This document shows positions 51,001-64,000 of a DNA stretch of 64,000 nucleotides, piece after piece (the stretch's first letter is position 1; each line of letters begins with the position of its first letter). The position numbers and the translations under genes are program-made. The notes beneath the pieces are model-generated. The model saw only the letters and a list, made by a program, of their open reading frames with translations. It did not search any database and had not been told where the DNA came from. This DNA comes from Marsupella aquatica. Its lineage: Eukaryota; Plantae; Marchantiophyta. Where the stretch lies: positions 4,674,944-4,738,943 of the forward strand of contig OZ316894.1 of the NCBI GenBank assembly GCA_973895155.1, in the 5' to 3' direction.

Positions 51001-53740
51001 CCCCTCCTCCTTCCAGCGATAAACATTTCATTGCCTCCCTTTCACGTTTAGCCTTGACTGTCGCAAAGTAAAACCGTGAAGGTTCATCACCCTCACCCAA
51101 CCATTTGATTCGTGCTAACCTCCTTCCTATGTGTGCCTCCTCCAGTTCAGTTGCATGTAATTGATCTTCCGTGTCTATATACTCTCTCAGCTCTTCTTTT
51201 GCATACTCGTCCAGAATTGTTGTTTTCAGCACTCTTAGCTGGTTACGCAATAAAAGCAATTCTTCCTCTCTTTTCTTTGGCAATGCCTGCTTCTCAATAT
51301 ATTTCCATCTCAGGTTCTAGCTTGCTTTATCAAAAGCGCGAATTGGTTAAGAACAGTCCCCCTTTCCCTCAATCCACGTTGCTTTCAGTATCTCCACCAT
51401 TCCTTCCATCCTAACCAAAGCAAGGTTAGCCTTGAATAGAGACCTCCTCACCCCCACGGTCCCACCTGGCCTTTCCTCTATCATCTGTATACACAGTGCC
51501 ACAGGATTGTGATCCGAGAGTGTTGAACCCCCATCATGCTTCGATCCAACAATTGATGAATCCAGCCTCCATTGTCGCTACAATAGAACCTATCTAGATG
51601 CGATTGTGTCATATTCCCGTTCCTAGTCCTTTGCCAAGTGAAACAAGCCCCCTCGCCTATCCCTTGAGCAGCCATGCATCCACCAGATTGAATCATACCT
51701 TCAGGAATCGCTAAAACTCTCCTTCCCTGCCCTTTATCAATGGTGAGTTACCAGTCGAATCCTCACTGAACTCCGTCATATTAAAGTCACCACATACAAT
51801 CCAGTTGGCTTGCGGTAGTTGCATCTTAAGTTTGTGCTAGAGTGCGGCTCTTTGTCGTGAAGAATTCGGTGCATACACACTCAAAATTCCGAAATGGCAA
51901 TCCTCATACTCAACTATCACCCATACCGCCCTCCCCAATTCCACGACACCAGAAGAAATCAACCTGAGAGCCGAATGGATGAGTAAAGTTGTTCCTCCCC
52001 TGCCCTCGTCCGGTGCTGAAGTTATACTCTGGTATGCAGGCATAATTGCTCGTAGTGCCATGGCAAGTCAGAACTGGTCTGCCTTAATCTCTTGTAGTGC
52101 CAGGATTTCTATCCTATCTCCCCTTGATTCAATCCATTTTTTCACAGCATTCTTCTTGTTGGGCTCACATAGCCCATAGACATTCCATGACACAACCCTT
52201 AACATTCCTTCCTCTTCACTCTTATATCCCGCCCTCCCCTCCCGTTTTCTTCAACTATATACGTCTCTTGCCTCCTAATGAAGTACCACAACCCACACTC
52301 CCAGACCTGCGCTGTCTAGGTGTAGCAACAACAATCTCCCCCGTACGTTTCCTCCATCTGTGTATCCACAATTAGTAGTGAAGAGTCCACAATTCTGTTG
52401 ACCCATCATCAATGGGCACATCAACAACATCTCTTGTCACTCCCTCCCTCTTACCAGCCTGCTCTCTTGCATGTCCCTTCCCTGCAGGAGATAGATCACT
52501 GTGTGAGAACAACAGCGATCGTCATTTTTTAGAATCATGCACCAACTTATCTCTCTTAGGTGCTGGCGGAGTTCTCTTGTTAAGATTTCTTGCTCTTTCC
52601 TTTCCTTTATTGGATACATACGCTTCATACTTAGACATTTCCATGTTAGTGTCTCCATGATATGAAAACATCTCCATCTCCACATGATCACTAGGCGCAC
52701 CAGTACTCCCTCCCGTCCCTGCAAGGGCCACCCCTGAGCCCACCAGGTCAAAATTGCTTGCCCTCGCATCCAGCAAGGAGGGAACCACATCAATTGGTAT
52801 CTCCTCAACAGGTGGCGCCTCCCTCTCAGTGCCCGTCAACTGCAAAGTGGCCCCCACATCACAGTCCTCCACACCCAGTTCTTTTGTTGACCCTCCTTTC
52901 TTCTCACCCAGGTTAGGGGGAGAAGAAATCCCCTCGTTTCACACCAGCAATTCAATCACCACAATATCCGCTGCTACTGTATCTTCCTCTCTGGGTGCCA
53001 CTGTTACAACACCAAGCCTCACTCACAGGTTCACTGCCAGTTGCGTTCTCAGCACCTCATCCGGGTCTCCATCTGCTACCGCATCCAATTCCTCTAGAGT
53101 GCCCACTAAATCCTCATTGTCATTCTCCTGATCCGCCTCTGTAGCCACATCTCTCCCCTCCCTGCATTCTTTGGCTAGGTGTCTTTTCTTATTGCATCTG
53201 AAACAATGATATGGGATATTCTTTAACAGGAGTGGTTGCCAGATTACTATGTCCTCCCGGATTACCACCCGTGCGCTCCGAGGCACCTCGCGTTCAGTGT
53301 CCCACAATATGCACGCCCTATCATGTGGGTAGGAGCTATAGTCATCTCCCTGAATATAATGCAACAATTTTCCCAATGATTCAGCAATTTTCATCCTGCA
53401 TCCTTCTAGAATCAATGCCCAAAATGGGAGCTCTATCCATACCAGCAACTTAGTAAACTTCTCTGTCTGGATATCAAATGATAGATCCCACAAAAATGTG
53501 TATACCAGTTTTTGTTCCAGAAACCACGGAGTTGTTGCTAGTGCCAAATCCCCGTGATCAACATTTTTTTGAATACCACCATATAAAAACTTTTCCCTAC
53601 AAATTTCACTTGCAGAATAGGCCAGTTTCGTTCTTCAACCATTACAGCCATTATCCAAGCTCGGAAAATAGGAAGCATAGGGGTCCAATCCGTGAAATAG
53701 CACATCAGAAAACAATTGTATGCCCTCATAGGCCAAATTA
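48020..53740 (-). mobile_element. Decayed L1-clade LINE retrotransposon (ORF1 + ORF2, many stops and frameshifts)
   Basis: ORF1 remnant: PWF...LLVWIELP and zinc knuckle CFRCNKKRHLAKEC (53023-53729). ORF2 from ATG 52205: APE endonuclease (VVSWNVYGL, LALQE, SVYAPN, GDFN, LDRFY, SDHNP), RT (KAPGPDG, WRPLTMLNTIYK, LDFEKAFDRV, GVRQGCP, FFEDD, KYLG) and zf-RVT (KTFLWR...CKLC...ESIPHLFVGC). A-rich tail remnant near 48021-48035. Confidence 0.95.
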
Positions 53741-55319
53741 AAATTAAAATAACAACAAAACAAAAATGAACTAGGAAGACTGAAACAAAGATTCGCCATA
53801 ATTATAGCAATGTCGGATAAAATCTGACAACCTTTGTGGTCGACAACCTCTGTGGTCTAGGATATACGTAGAAGCTTTCAAAAACTTCATACTATGTAAG
53901 GGGCTAAAACAGGCCCTGCCCCTCTCACCCACTGAACCACTATGTGAGGAATTGTTTTTTTTTGGTTTTTATCTTGGAGAGAATATCTTACTTAAAATAG
54001 GATTGTGAAATATACATATAGGATATGGGAGGGATTGTGAATGCCATGTAAAGCATAACAAAAATTGTAAACATGTGCAAAATAGCGAGAATGATTTATA
54101 AGACCTATATACAAAGTACATGAAATGCTATTTGATTTACATGACTGTAAAGATCACATCAGTCCGATTAGATAAACATATGTTTCCTCCTTCCAGATTC
54201 CGAGTCAGTCCTTAGGCACATGTTTTTCCAATTAAGCATATTTGTTCTAAATGAGTGCTGACATTCCGTTGAGGTGTTGTTGGAAGGTGTGATTGCCTCC
54301 CATATCCTAAGTGAATATTTAAATAATACTTTCCTCTGCTGTTGTCATCTCCAGAGATAGATATTATCTAGTGTTGGCAATTCCTATAAAGATATAGCAT
54401 ACTCATCATGGAACATGCTAGATGTTTTGTCTTGTAGTGATCTGTAAGTAGGATAACATATGAGAGTAAACATATTCTACATATTAAGAGTAAGTGGGAC
54501 AAAAATAATATAAATAGAGCACATCCAAAGAAAAACACATAATGACCAATAAGAAGTACAGTGGAGTTCCATGTGAGAAGTGCAGTCAAGTTTCATGGCA
54601 CAAAGGTATGTGCACTTATTAGTTCAATGTACTTTATCAATAACACCCAATTAAATAAAACCATTAACTTAGGAAAGAATAGCATGAGAGTAACTTAAGA
54701 CACTATGTGTCCAAGTTATTTATAATCATTTACCTCACTCACAAGAACAATTTATACTTGAAATCTAAGAGATAACAAAGATTATAAATTAAGGGGGCTG
54801 CCAAAATAAGTTCAAAACACTCTATGATACCATGAAATAAAGGGGTCCAGAAATTAATTAAAAATCTAAATAACACAAATGATGCCCCTTGATAAGGCAC
54901 ATTGAAATAAAAATACATGACATGCAAAATCTAAATAAGACAAAATATGAAGGTGGATTCACATATAGCATACTCATCCTGGATATACAAATCTTGACAC
55001 TACTACAATAATGTTTAACACTTCTATATGGTCAATCCACTTTTCAATATTTTGTCTTACTAATAATTCTTTTGTATATTTGTACTTTAATGTGACTTAA
55101 CAAGGTGCACCACTTGTATAATTTATACATAAGTGTTTTTGATCTTCCTATGCTTGGATGTGCCTAACAAGTTGCACCACTTGTATAATTTGAACTTTAG
55201 ATTACTTTGGCACCGCTCTATGTGTTTTTAAATCTATGCTAGGCTCTCATTCCTATATACCTATATATATTGCATTCACCCCCTTTAACCAAATTTATTG
55301 AATTTCTACCAATTCTAGT

Positions 55320-56755
55320 GAATGAGAGTCGCGGAACTCGACTACCTTAACACTTAGCTCCGGCGTCGTTTACTCCAATGCCGAGCTCCCTTATGGTCCA
55401 GGCGCGGATAGGTCACCCGGGGAGGACTTAACATGGGGAGGCTCGTGGGCAATGAGATGTGACACTAGCGAAGGCAAGGCGCCAAGGTGGTGACACACAC
55501 TAAGGACTTAGACTAGATTAGAGCTGGTCGGGTCAAGGGGAAAGGACCGGGCTCAAGGGGTCCGGACGGACTTTGAGTTCTGAGGGCTTGAGTGAGAACT
55601 CCTCTTGGGCCCAAGGCCAATGGAGTTGACGCCATGGGCAACGGATGCTTGGGGCTCGAGTTATGACCCGATCCGGGTTTGGCCAATCGGGGGTCCCGTG
55701 CGGCGATGAGATATGAGGGCCTAGGCATGAGCACTGGGTCGGCCTGATCATAACGAGCTAAGGCACTCCGTTTGCGGACGCCTAACGAGAAAATTATGGG
55801 CGTTGCCAGTTGGTGGCGCCCAGACATGCGGGAGAGGATCCGGGTTGGGGCCCAAAAGGTTGAGGACCAAAGTTGGTCCGGGGGTGGCAGGTCTCCATAA
55901 GTATATATGAGGGGAGTGGTGTCTCCCTAGGGGCTAAAGGCAAGCCGAAGTCGTGAGTTGCGACTGTCGCGACACTAAAAAAAAACATCAAACGAAAATG
56001 ACGATAACTTCCCAACGGGAAGTTAGTTGGAGGACTTCTTGGGTGCGTTGGAAAACTCTCAAGGAGGACTACATCCTCTTGAGCTCATCTGGGCCTGGGG
56101 GTGCCGTAAGTTCTTGAGGTTTGCGGGTGTTATCACACCCGCTTGCCAAATCTTACCGAAACAACAGCCAAGCGCGTTCAGAGTCTCAAGGGAGCTTGCG
56201 TTGGGGAAGCAAGGCCGAGTAGGCGTGGAAGTTGAGTTCCAAGGGCACTTGGCCCCTAGACCATCAGTGAGGCGAGAACCAAGAGTTGTTGGGACAAGTT
56301 TAGGACAAGCTTTAGAACAAACTACGCTATTTGGGCCATGAGCATGTCCTGGGGTCAGGGCGGTCAGTTGGTGATGGATAAGTACAAGGAGGAACCCGGG
56401 CCACGCCCAAGGAAGGAGCTGTTCTGGACAAACAGTGAACGTGGGTTCTGGCTTATGACATCGAGAGGACTCACTGACCCATTTACCAATGTCTGTTGAG
56501 CTTGAGTTAAGATGTTAGACTTGTGGAATTCTAGATCCCGAAGGGCTATTTACCGAGGTGTTTGGTTGCTTGTGCAAACTGTTGAGTAACAATCGTGTTA
56601 GAGAACAAATGCGACTTCGTATGGGAGGGGATGTTGGTGGTGCAAAAGGCACTAGATTGCTTGCTAGAAATATTTCATGGAAGCTTTCGGGCACCAGGGG
56701 CACTTAGGCATGGGTGCCGAGATTGGTGAGGACGCAGGGTGACAAGGTTCACCAC
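55320..56755. mobile_element. GC/CpG-rich block in AT-rich DNA, possibly a solo LTR or other TE fragment
   Basis: Sharp composition boundaries; TATA-like AGTATATAT at ~55900; imperfect terminal inverted match TAGTGAAT / GTTCACCA. No TSD and no coding homology seen. Confidence 0.35.
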
Positions 56756-56832
56756 TATGAGAGACAAAATTGATACTTTGAGGTGCAGATGACTCCTCCT
56801 TTAAGTCATTCTCAAACTTTTATTTGCTGAGC

Positions 56833-56958
56833 TTCTGATTTTTATTGTGACTACCTAAGTCAAGGGAAGATCTTTTGTATCTTATTTGCACAATTTCTGA
56901 TTTTTATTGTGACTACCTAAGTCAAGGGAAGATCTTTTGTATCTTATTTGCACAATTT
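56833..56958. repeat. 62-bp perfect tandem duplication
   Basis: TTCTGATTTTTATTGTGACTACCTAAGTCAAGGGAAGATCTTTTGTATCTTATTTGCACAAT x2. Confidence 0.92.
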
Positions 56959-59900
56959 TAGATTGATTTGGATGTCATTAAAGCAAGTGAGAATACCTTA
57001 TGTGCACACTATTTCAAGACTAAACACTAAACCACTGGCAAATACTAGACTGATATTATATCTTGCAATGCACAACCTAATAGCATCTCACCAGGGACTG
57101 CAAACTGCCGTGTGTTATATCTTGCAAAGGATGGATCGCTTCAAGCATCACCATCACATCCTAGTATTGTATTTGGTACAGCACAAAACTCTACTTTGTG
57201 AATTTGAGACCTTACATTCATCTGGCAGCTTCCCCCAAGTTAAGATTTAGGAGCTCTTGAGCTGCCCACATTAAATGATTTAATCATCTTACTATATAAT
57301 CCCAATCTGAAGCTACTATGCAGGGGCGGACTGTCTGGAGTGAAGCTCCTAGACCGCGACTTTGGGGATAACTAAATTTGGGGTGTGGGTGAAAAACAGG
57401 GAGTGATATGCTGTGACAGAGCATGTTGAATCAGTAAATGCAACTTTCGCAAGGAAAAGCTACTTTTAATGACTATGGTCCGTGACTATCTAACTCAGGG
57501 CATGACTGAAGATGGGAGTGCAAACAAAAAATAGACAGGGAATTTAAACTTCCACCAAAATTTATAAATCAGGAAAAAACAAAGTACAATGAAAGAAAAG
57601 AAACAGAGGTCCAAAGAGGACAAACACCAAACAAGGAACAAGAAAAGCAAATGCAATCCTAAGATAGGGGGAGAGATGCCAGGGAAACAACAACTCTAAG
57701 AAAGGGCATGACTGAAAGTGAGGGTGCAAACATAAAGCAGAAGAGCTGTGATCTCTGTCTTGCATACTGTCCCTGTCTCTCTCATTGACTCATCTTGGGC
57801 CTTCATTTCAGCATTCCTCCGCTCTTCTTACCCACTTCTTATTACTCTAATTTCAGTTCCCTCTTTGACTGGCCAGACTGTGTTGATGATCCCATCCATT
57901 GGCCACCCAGCACATTGCCCAACCTCCACCTTATGTAATGCTTGTACGAGGTTCCTGTGTCGTGCCAAGTGATGGAAATTCATCCAACTGCGACAGAACA
58001 GTGACAGAGGCTTCTGCTATATACTGAGGCATCCCAATGCCTATCCGTAGATACGGGTTACCTTCGGCAGCTTCCCAAAACATCTGTGATAAGATGTTGC
58101 CATTCTTGAATCAAGTCCTTCTACCGCAAATGAAGTCCTTCGTTTCCAAGTTTCATCCCGTGAATGAATGACAAGGATCAACCAAAGAACTTCTTCAAAC
58201 GAACGATGGTATTGGAGCAAAAAGAACCATGAAGAACTGATTACACCTTCTGCTTGAATGTAGATGGTCACCTGAGAAATAGTGTTCTTAGAACCTCGAC
58301 TTAGAGGAATCAGTAGTCACTCCGATGTATGCACCAAGCCAATAGAAAATGGGCAGAAGGGAGACATTGGATTACGAACTTCCAGACATGTAAAAATAAT
58401 AGTTCTCTCAACGATTGATGCAAAGGATCTTGAGATATCTAAAAAACGATACAAATGTCAGTCTTCTTACTGTTCACCACTGAGGGCACCAACAATAGAC
58501 GTATAATGAACTTTCAACTTGGGCTCTTGGAGGAAGAATTCCCGTCTGGTCCTGCAAAACAAAAACAGCACACCTACCGTTACGATGAACGTAGGAGCTT
58601 TGACCGGTTATGTGTGGATGGCAATGCATGCCACCTCTTCTGTAATGCATGCCACCTCTTCTGTCATTTAGAAGTGCTGTTCCACGAGCTATGAGATAGG
58701 GCATCTAATCTTGTAGAATCTACTGGGGAGTAAACCACAAGCTGTGGTATACTTCCCTAATTATGCCCTATAGAAATTAAAAAAAAAAGTACTTCGAAAC
58801 ACAAATGATGGGAACGGCTCAAATCTACACGACGTTGTCTTTAGCAAACTCATCTCGAAACGAATTATACTCGATGCTCTGCTGTAAATGGTCGAGCGAA
58901 CAAGATTGGATTCTCGTCAGAGGTAGATAAAATGAACAGCATTTGCAAGAAGAGAACAGGGTTGACAGTTCTTGCGTAATGCATTATGACATGACTTCGA
59001 TGGTCTCATACCTTCTTGTCTCAAGAGAAGTTAACTCGAAGTGAATTTGTAGAGTGCCTCAAAAACGTGGTGAGCGCATCAGTCTGGACAACCTATGAGA
59101 ACATTATCATAACACCTCAGCTCAAATACAAGAAGTTACGACCATAAATCCCAACGACGCCTTCGATGTTAGCACACAAGAGATAGTTAGTGTGGACCAG
59201 GTAAAAGCTTCAGCAGCTTCCATCCTCCCAACCGATCATTTAGTACCACTCGTCAATGCCGTATTGGTGTTTACGTGTCAAGTACTTGACAAAGCAAGTA
59301 GTCCACCAAAGGGCTCAACACGACTTTGACAACTCATGTACAGCGCTTCACCTCTTTCCGCGCTTGAAAACACCATTGCCTCCAATCTAGCACGTCCTTA
59401 ACAAGAACTTTCATATTTCCTTATTATACAAGAGAGGTACTCCCGGCTGGAAATGAAACTTAATCACTCCCGGGTCCAGACTAAAACATACTAAAGATTC
59501 AGGCAGCCCTCGGTAACAATTCGCCGGGCCAAAAGGCGATGGGTCCTACCAAATGAATACAAGGATGCTTACAAGCTTTAAGAGATAGGCACAGTCCAGT
59601 ATATACCGTAATTCCAACAGTACAAACATACCGTACATTTCTCAAGCGTATTCAATTTTCTTGCATTTTACGTGCAGGTAATGATATCCAATACCGACTT
59701 GAATGAGCTGCTGTCCAGTACCTATGCCTCTCCACTCACATTAATCGAGTGCTTCCCTAATTGCACTGGCTGTGGCACCAATGCCGGCTCCAAAAAATGC
59801 CCTAATTTTATCTCGAAGCAATTAATCTACTGAATTTATGTGATATCCCGTAACGATGGGATGAACCGCAAAGCAGACAAGGTGTAATTTGCTGCTTGAT

Positions 59901-60165
59901 GCAAAGAAGATGCAACCTTTAACTTGGCTTCAGTTCCACGAAGAAAACTCTGCTAAAGAATGATTTGACTGCTGCTACAGACAGCACACATCTTCAAATC
60001 TTCAAGCTTTCACGTCCCTAGATTTTTTGACTGCCTTGCGCAGTTTTGAACGTGAAACCATTGCAGCTTGCATTATAATGACATTCTAAAAGTTACACAC
60101 AAACCTACAATGTACACAGCCCAAACTGTGCAAGCGGACACGGCCGTGGTCTTTTGAGCTTGTTT

Positions 60166-63100
60166 CTATGAAGACAAGTTTGCAACTCCCGCATTTTCAG
60201 ACACTAAAGAACTCTCTACTGCAGTCTCAGGAGCACCCGCAGTCACACTGCCCCGTCCTGACTTAGAAGTCGCAAGTACTTGTAACCCAGTATCCCTCCT
60301 CCAGTCCAAGTTTTGCGCAGATGGTTTCTTGTCTGCTCCCCGAATGACTCCACCTTCCTCCCCTAAAGCATTCCCATCCGCTACCAAAACGTCTTGGATA
60401 GGCCCCGTGATAGCTTCATCAAGCGATCTGGACCCATTGATTCCTTCTTGCTCGGTAGGTGACGGCAACACCGCCATAATTTTCTGATTTGCTAATGACG
60501 GCTTCTCCCCTATTAATTCTGCTCGTGCCACAGCTGATGTGGGGGTGCTTGGGGAGTTAACCCACACAAGCTGTAAGTTTTGTCCTTGTAACCACCTCCC
60601 TTGCACAAAGGCTCTCTCAGCTGCACGACGTGTAGCAAAGGTCACCCGAACAGAGGTAGTTTCACTTAATTTTGCACTTCCTTCCAGCTTCAAACCTTCT
60701 ACGTCATCAACCTCAACAGTTGCCAGCTCTCCAAACATCACAAAGTGGTCCTTAAGCACACCAACCTGCAAGCACGATAAAATCAGATTGTGCATAATAC
60801 ATTCGCACTAAAGTTCCATAAAACAAGCAGCAAAATTCAAGTTTTTCTAACGCAGAGCGATAACTTGAGAAGATCTGCACAATTCAGTACGGCTAACGGT
60901 CTCTTCCAAGCACTCACATCCGTCACGGATGCTGGGAATGGCGGAAGAACCCTGAAAACAGTGGTCCGATTGTCGAGCTTGAATCGTGCTGGACCACGAG
61001 TCATAGGCGACACATAAGTAATGTTGCTACTGTTAATCCTCGGATGTGGCATTCGTCCAGCCCTGGGAGATGGCTGAGATGGTGGCACCATAACTGAGGC
61101 TATGGTCTGTTTGTTGAGAGCATCCCCAGAATTTGTACTGGCAGGTGCTGTAGAGGATAGTGATAGCTCGTTAGGCGCAGTAGGAGATACGTTTTGCGTG
61201 GTGGATTGAGCCGGGATCTTCCGAGTTGCAGGAGTATTTTCTTCAGCATCCTCTAGCCTTTGACGCTTGGCGGGTTGCTCGGCCTCCACATTTTCAGCAG
61301 GACCCTGAGACAAACAGGTTTCACACCACCAAGTGAGACGACCGTAAGATCCTGTTATTCAGCTCGATGAATTATAATAACCCTAAACACGTGAGAAACA
61401 TGGCTCAGGATGATTTTGGATTACAAACTTATTGCTAGATGCTTCGCTAGCGATTTCCCTCACGGCTTCTCTGCTTGCGAAACCACAAGCTCCAACAGGA
61501 CATAAGATAAGAAACTTGCCTGTTTCGCAAGCTCATCAAGTTTTCGACGGAAGTCATCGCGCTTTTGGGCCAGAGCCTCCTGCTTCTTGCGTATCTCCTC
61601 CCTCATCCGTGCCAATTCGTCCTGTTTCTTGACAGCAACCCCGACACTGGGTGTTGTGGAAGATGAACCATTTGCTGCCAAAACCTTCCCGGGTGCCTCC
61701 GTGGTTGCTGATGGGTCGACAGTGGTAGCGCCACTCCCATTCATAGCAGCCGCTTTGGCAGGAAGTAGTGCAGATCCAGCAGGGATTCCAGTCGCAGGCT
61801 TTACTGCGCGACTAGCGGGTTTTGATGCTCCGCCGTCCGTGGGATCTGCGATGCTATCACGATTTGCCCAGGAGAGTCTGATGAATCTATTTCCAATGAC
61901 CGCATCGGGAGCAGTTAGTGCTGCTTCCGCATCGTCCCGTCGTGCGAACTGTACAAAAGCTCGGTCACTATGCGCTGGAATCCGAATGTCGAGCACCTCC
62001 CCAAACTTTTGGAAATGAGCTGATAGCTGCTCGGTCCTGTTGCTGCTGGGTGGGATGAAACTGACATACAAGGTGCGCTGAGCACGCTCAGTCCCGAACC
62101 CACCACTGCCGCGGCCACCAGTGCCTCGTGATCCATAGCTTGTACCTTCACCAGAACGCTGACCTGCTCCAGCCTCGCCATGACCAGTGCCCCGTCCTCG
62201 CCCTTGCGTGGCAGAGGTGCTAGAGGACCCCTTTGGCCCACTTTCTTCCTCGGATTCCACCTCACGGTTCCATTTTCCTTGCCAGGGTCCACGCACACGA
62301 CCGACCACCTCATCCCCACCATCTTTTCTCAGCTGCTTTCCACTATGAGGCAAGTCGACGGGAGCATTACTGCGCAAAACTCCATCCAATCTACTTGCAA
62401 CGGGAACCACAGGGCCAATACGGTCCCAGACACTAGGTCCACCTTCCGCTGCTTGAGAGCCACCATTCGTATTAGCTCCTAATCTTACTGGCCTCCCAGT
62501 TCCAGCTTCTGTGCCTTCACTCCCGTCTCTATTCTCAAGTTTGTCAGGATCACCTTCCCATTCTTGATCTTGGCTTCGCCTTTTGAACGACGATAATGTT
62601 CTAAGACCTGAAGATGCTTCAGAACGATCTTTGTTCCACAATGGCTGATCTGGATCATATGAATCTGGTTCAGCCCCTCCGTTCCCTGGGATAGCACCGT
62701 TCAGCAAGGCAGTATCTTCTCCCATCGCAGGTAGACTTGTCTCTCGACTACCATGATTGGTCCTGTTAACTAATCCCAAACCAGGCGGCAGCATCGGACC
62801 GGAGGATGGCCCAGAGGCTGATCCACCACCTAAACTTCTCCCACTAGGAAGTGATACTGGAAGGTTAAACTTTGACAGGCTCTGAGACACGAACCAGAAA
62901 ACAAAACAACAAACAACAATCAGCATATCTGCATATCCCTCGAAATATAATTGTAAAATATAACCCTCGAAAAAATTGTAAAATTCTGCAATTCGATACA
63001 TATCGACGACATCCATAGCCATATGAACACTTCTACTCTGCCCTGCGTTGCACATACACAAACAACCTGCCAAGCTGGCGCCAAATTTTCAATTTACTCC

Positions 63101-64000
63101 GACAACGGTTCCAATGCTAATACATTTGAATGTGACATGATCAACAATGATTGTAAACCTCAAGCCTCCAAAGGGTTCAAAGAAGTTTCACAGTACCTGC
63201 ACATCTTCCACAACAATCCTGTTCGCTCCATGCTCCATTGGACAAAGATCCCCCCTCAGACAATAGCCGCGTTCTTCGAAATCTAGGCATCTTGGACGTC
63301 CCATATTAATATTCATGCTCATCCCCATGCCAGAAGAAATTGAAGGTGGCCCACGACCTCCTCCAATTCCTCCGCCGAGAGGGTGAGAATGCTCTAAGGG
63401 ACCATTTCCTAATCCAGGAAGGGGTCCGAATCCTGGCCATGGAGTATGCGGGGAGCCACGACCGGGAATACCTCTCCCAGGAAAGAAACCTGTTCCTGGT
63501 CCAGGAGGAAGCAAAGGTGGAGCAAACTCTGAACCATCAGGAAAAGAAGGTGGCGGGAAGCGCTGATCATGAGGTGCCCAGGCAAGTCCAATACCTCTTC
63601 CTCGACCTACACTGCCACGCATCATCCCATTCGGTCCATCAAAGCGAGACCCAGGACCATCTCGAAATTGTGGACCTGATCTTGCCCGTTGACTACTATC
63701 TGTATTGAATCGACCAGATCCATGATCTCGACCCAACCTTCTATCGAATTTACCTAGACCGTCTCTCTCATTAAGCAAAGCATGGCCAGTAACTCTGCGT
63801 TCATTTCCCTGACGATCAGTTTCTCGAAGTATTTGTCCGTTGTCAATAGCCCTTCCTCGCTTTCTATATAGGCCCCTGTCCACCTCATCCTCACCATCCC
63901 TGTCAAATGAACGAGATCGGGAAACGCGCCGCCTGTGCTTATGGTTCCGGTCATCATCCTCATCATCACTGCTGTCATCCTCTCCTTCGCCAAAAGAACG
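60166..64000 (-). CDS. RBM26/RBM27-like CCCH zinc-finger + 2 RRM RNA-binding protein (5' end beyond window); exons >64000-63197, 62881-61520, 61304-60918, 60765-60166
   Basis: CCCH RCLDFEERGYCLRGDLCPMEHG then EDVQ|SLSKFNLP; YDPDQPLW; RRM TLYVSFIP...HFQKFGEVLDIRIP...AFVQF...AVIGNRFIRLSWAN; coiled coil; FKLDNRTTVFRVLPP and second RRM HFVMFGEL...VTFATRRAAERAF. Confidence 0.93.

Noticed and set aside
55513-56341. ORFs in the GC-rich block as gag/pol
   Set aside because: No gag, protease, RT or integrase motifs recognisable.

Overview
Eukaryotic land-plant genomic DNA with spliceosomal introns; gene style suggests a bryophyte/liverwort (inference, not proven). Nine genes can be read: the 5' part of a class-III ADH/GSNOR with no visible coding introns (1-593, -), an RNF4-like SUMO-targeted RING ligase, plastid-type PRPP synthetase, a head-to-head pair of intronless coiled-coil/F-box/kelch paralogues, nicalin, an alpha/beta hydrolase, NSE1 (SMC5/6) and an RBM26/27-like CCCH-RRM protein truncated by the window end. 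Intergenic space holds a non-autonomous Helitron carrying a ~35-bp satellite and stacked 3' termini, a decayed near-full-length L1-type LINE, a possible LTR-like block and several tandem arrays. No CRISPR, rRNA or convincing tRNA. The best leads are the divergent F-box pair with heptad repeats, the intronless GSNOR with a CHTD->CSTD change, the Helitron structure, an EAR-like motif in the STUbL and the repeat-expanded NSE1 tail. Exon boundaries were read by eye.
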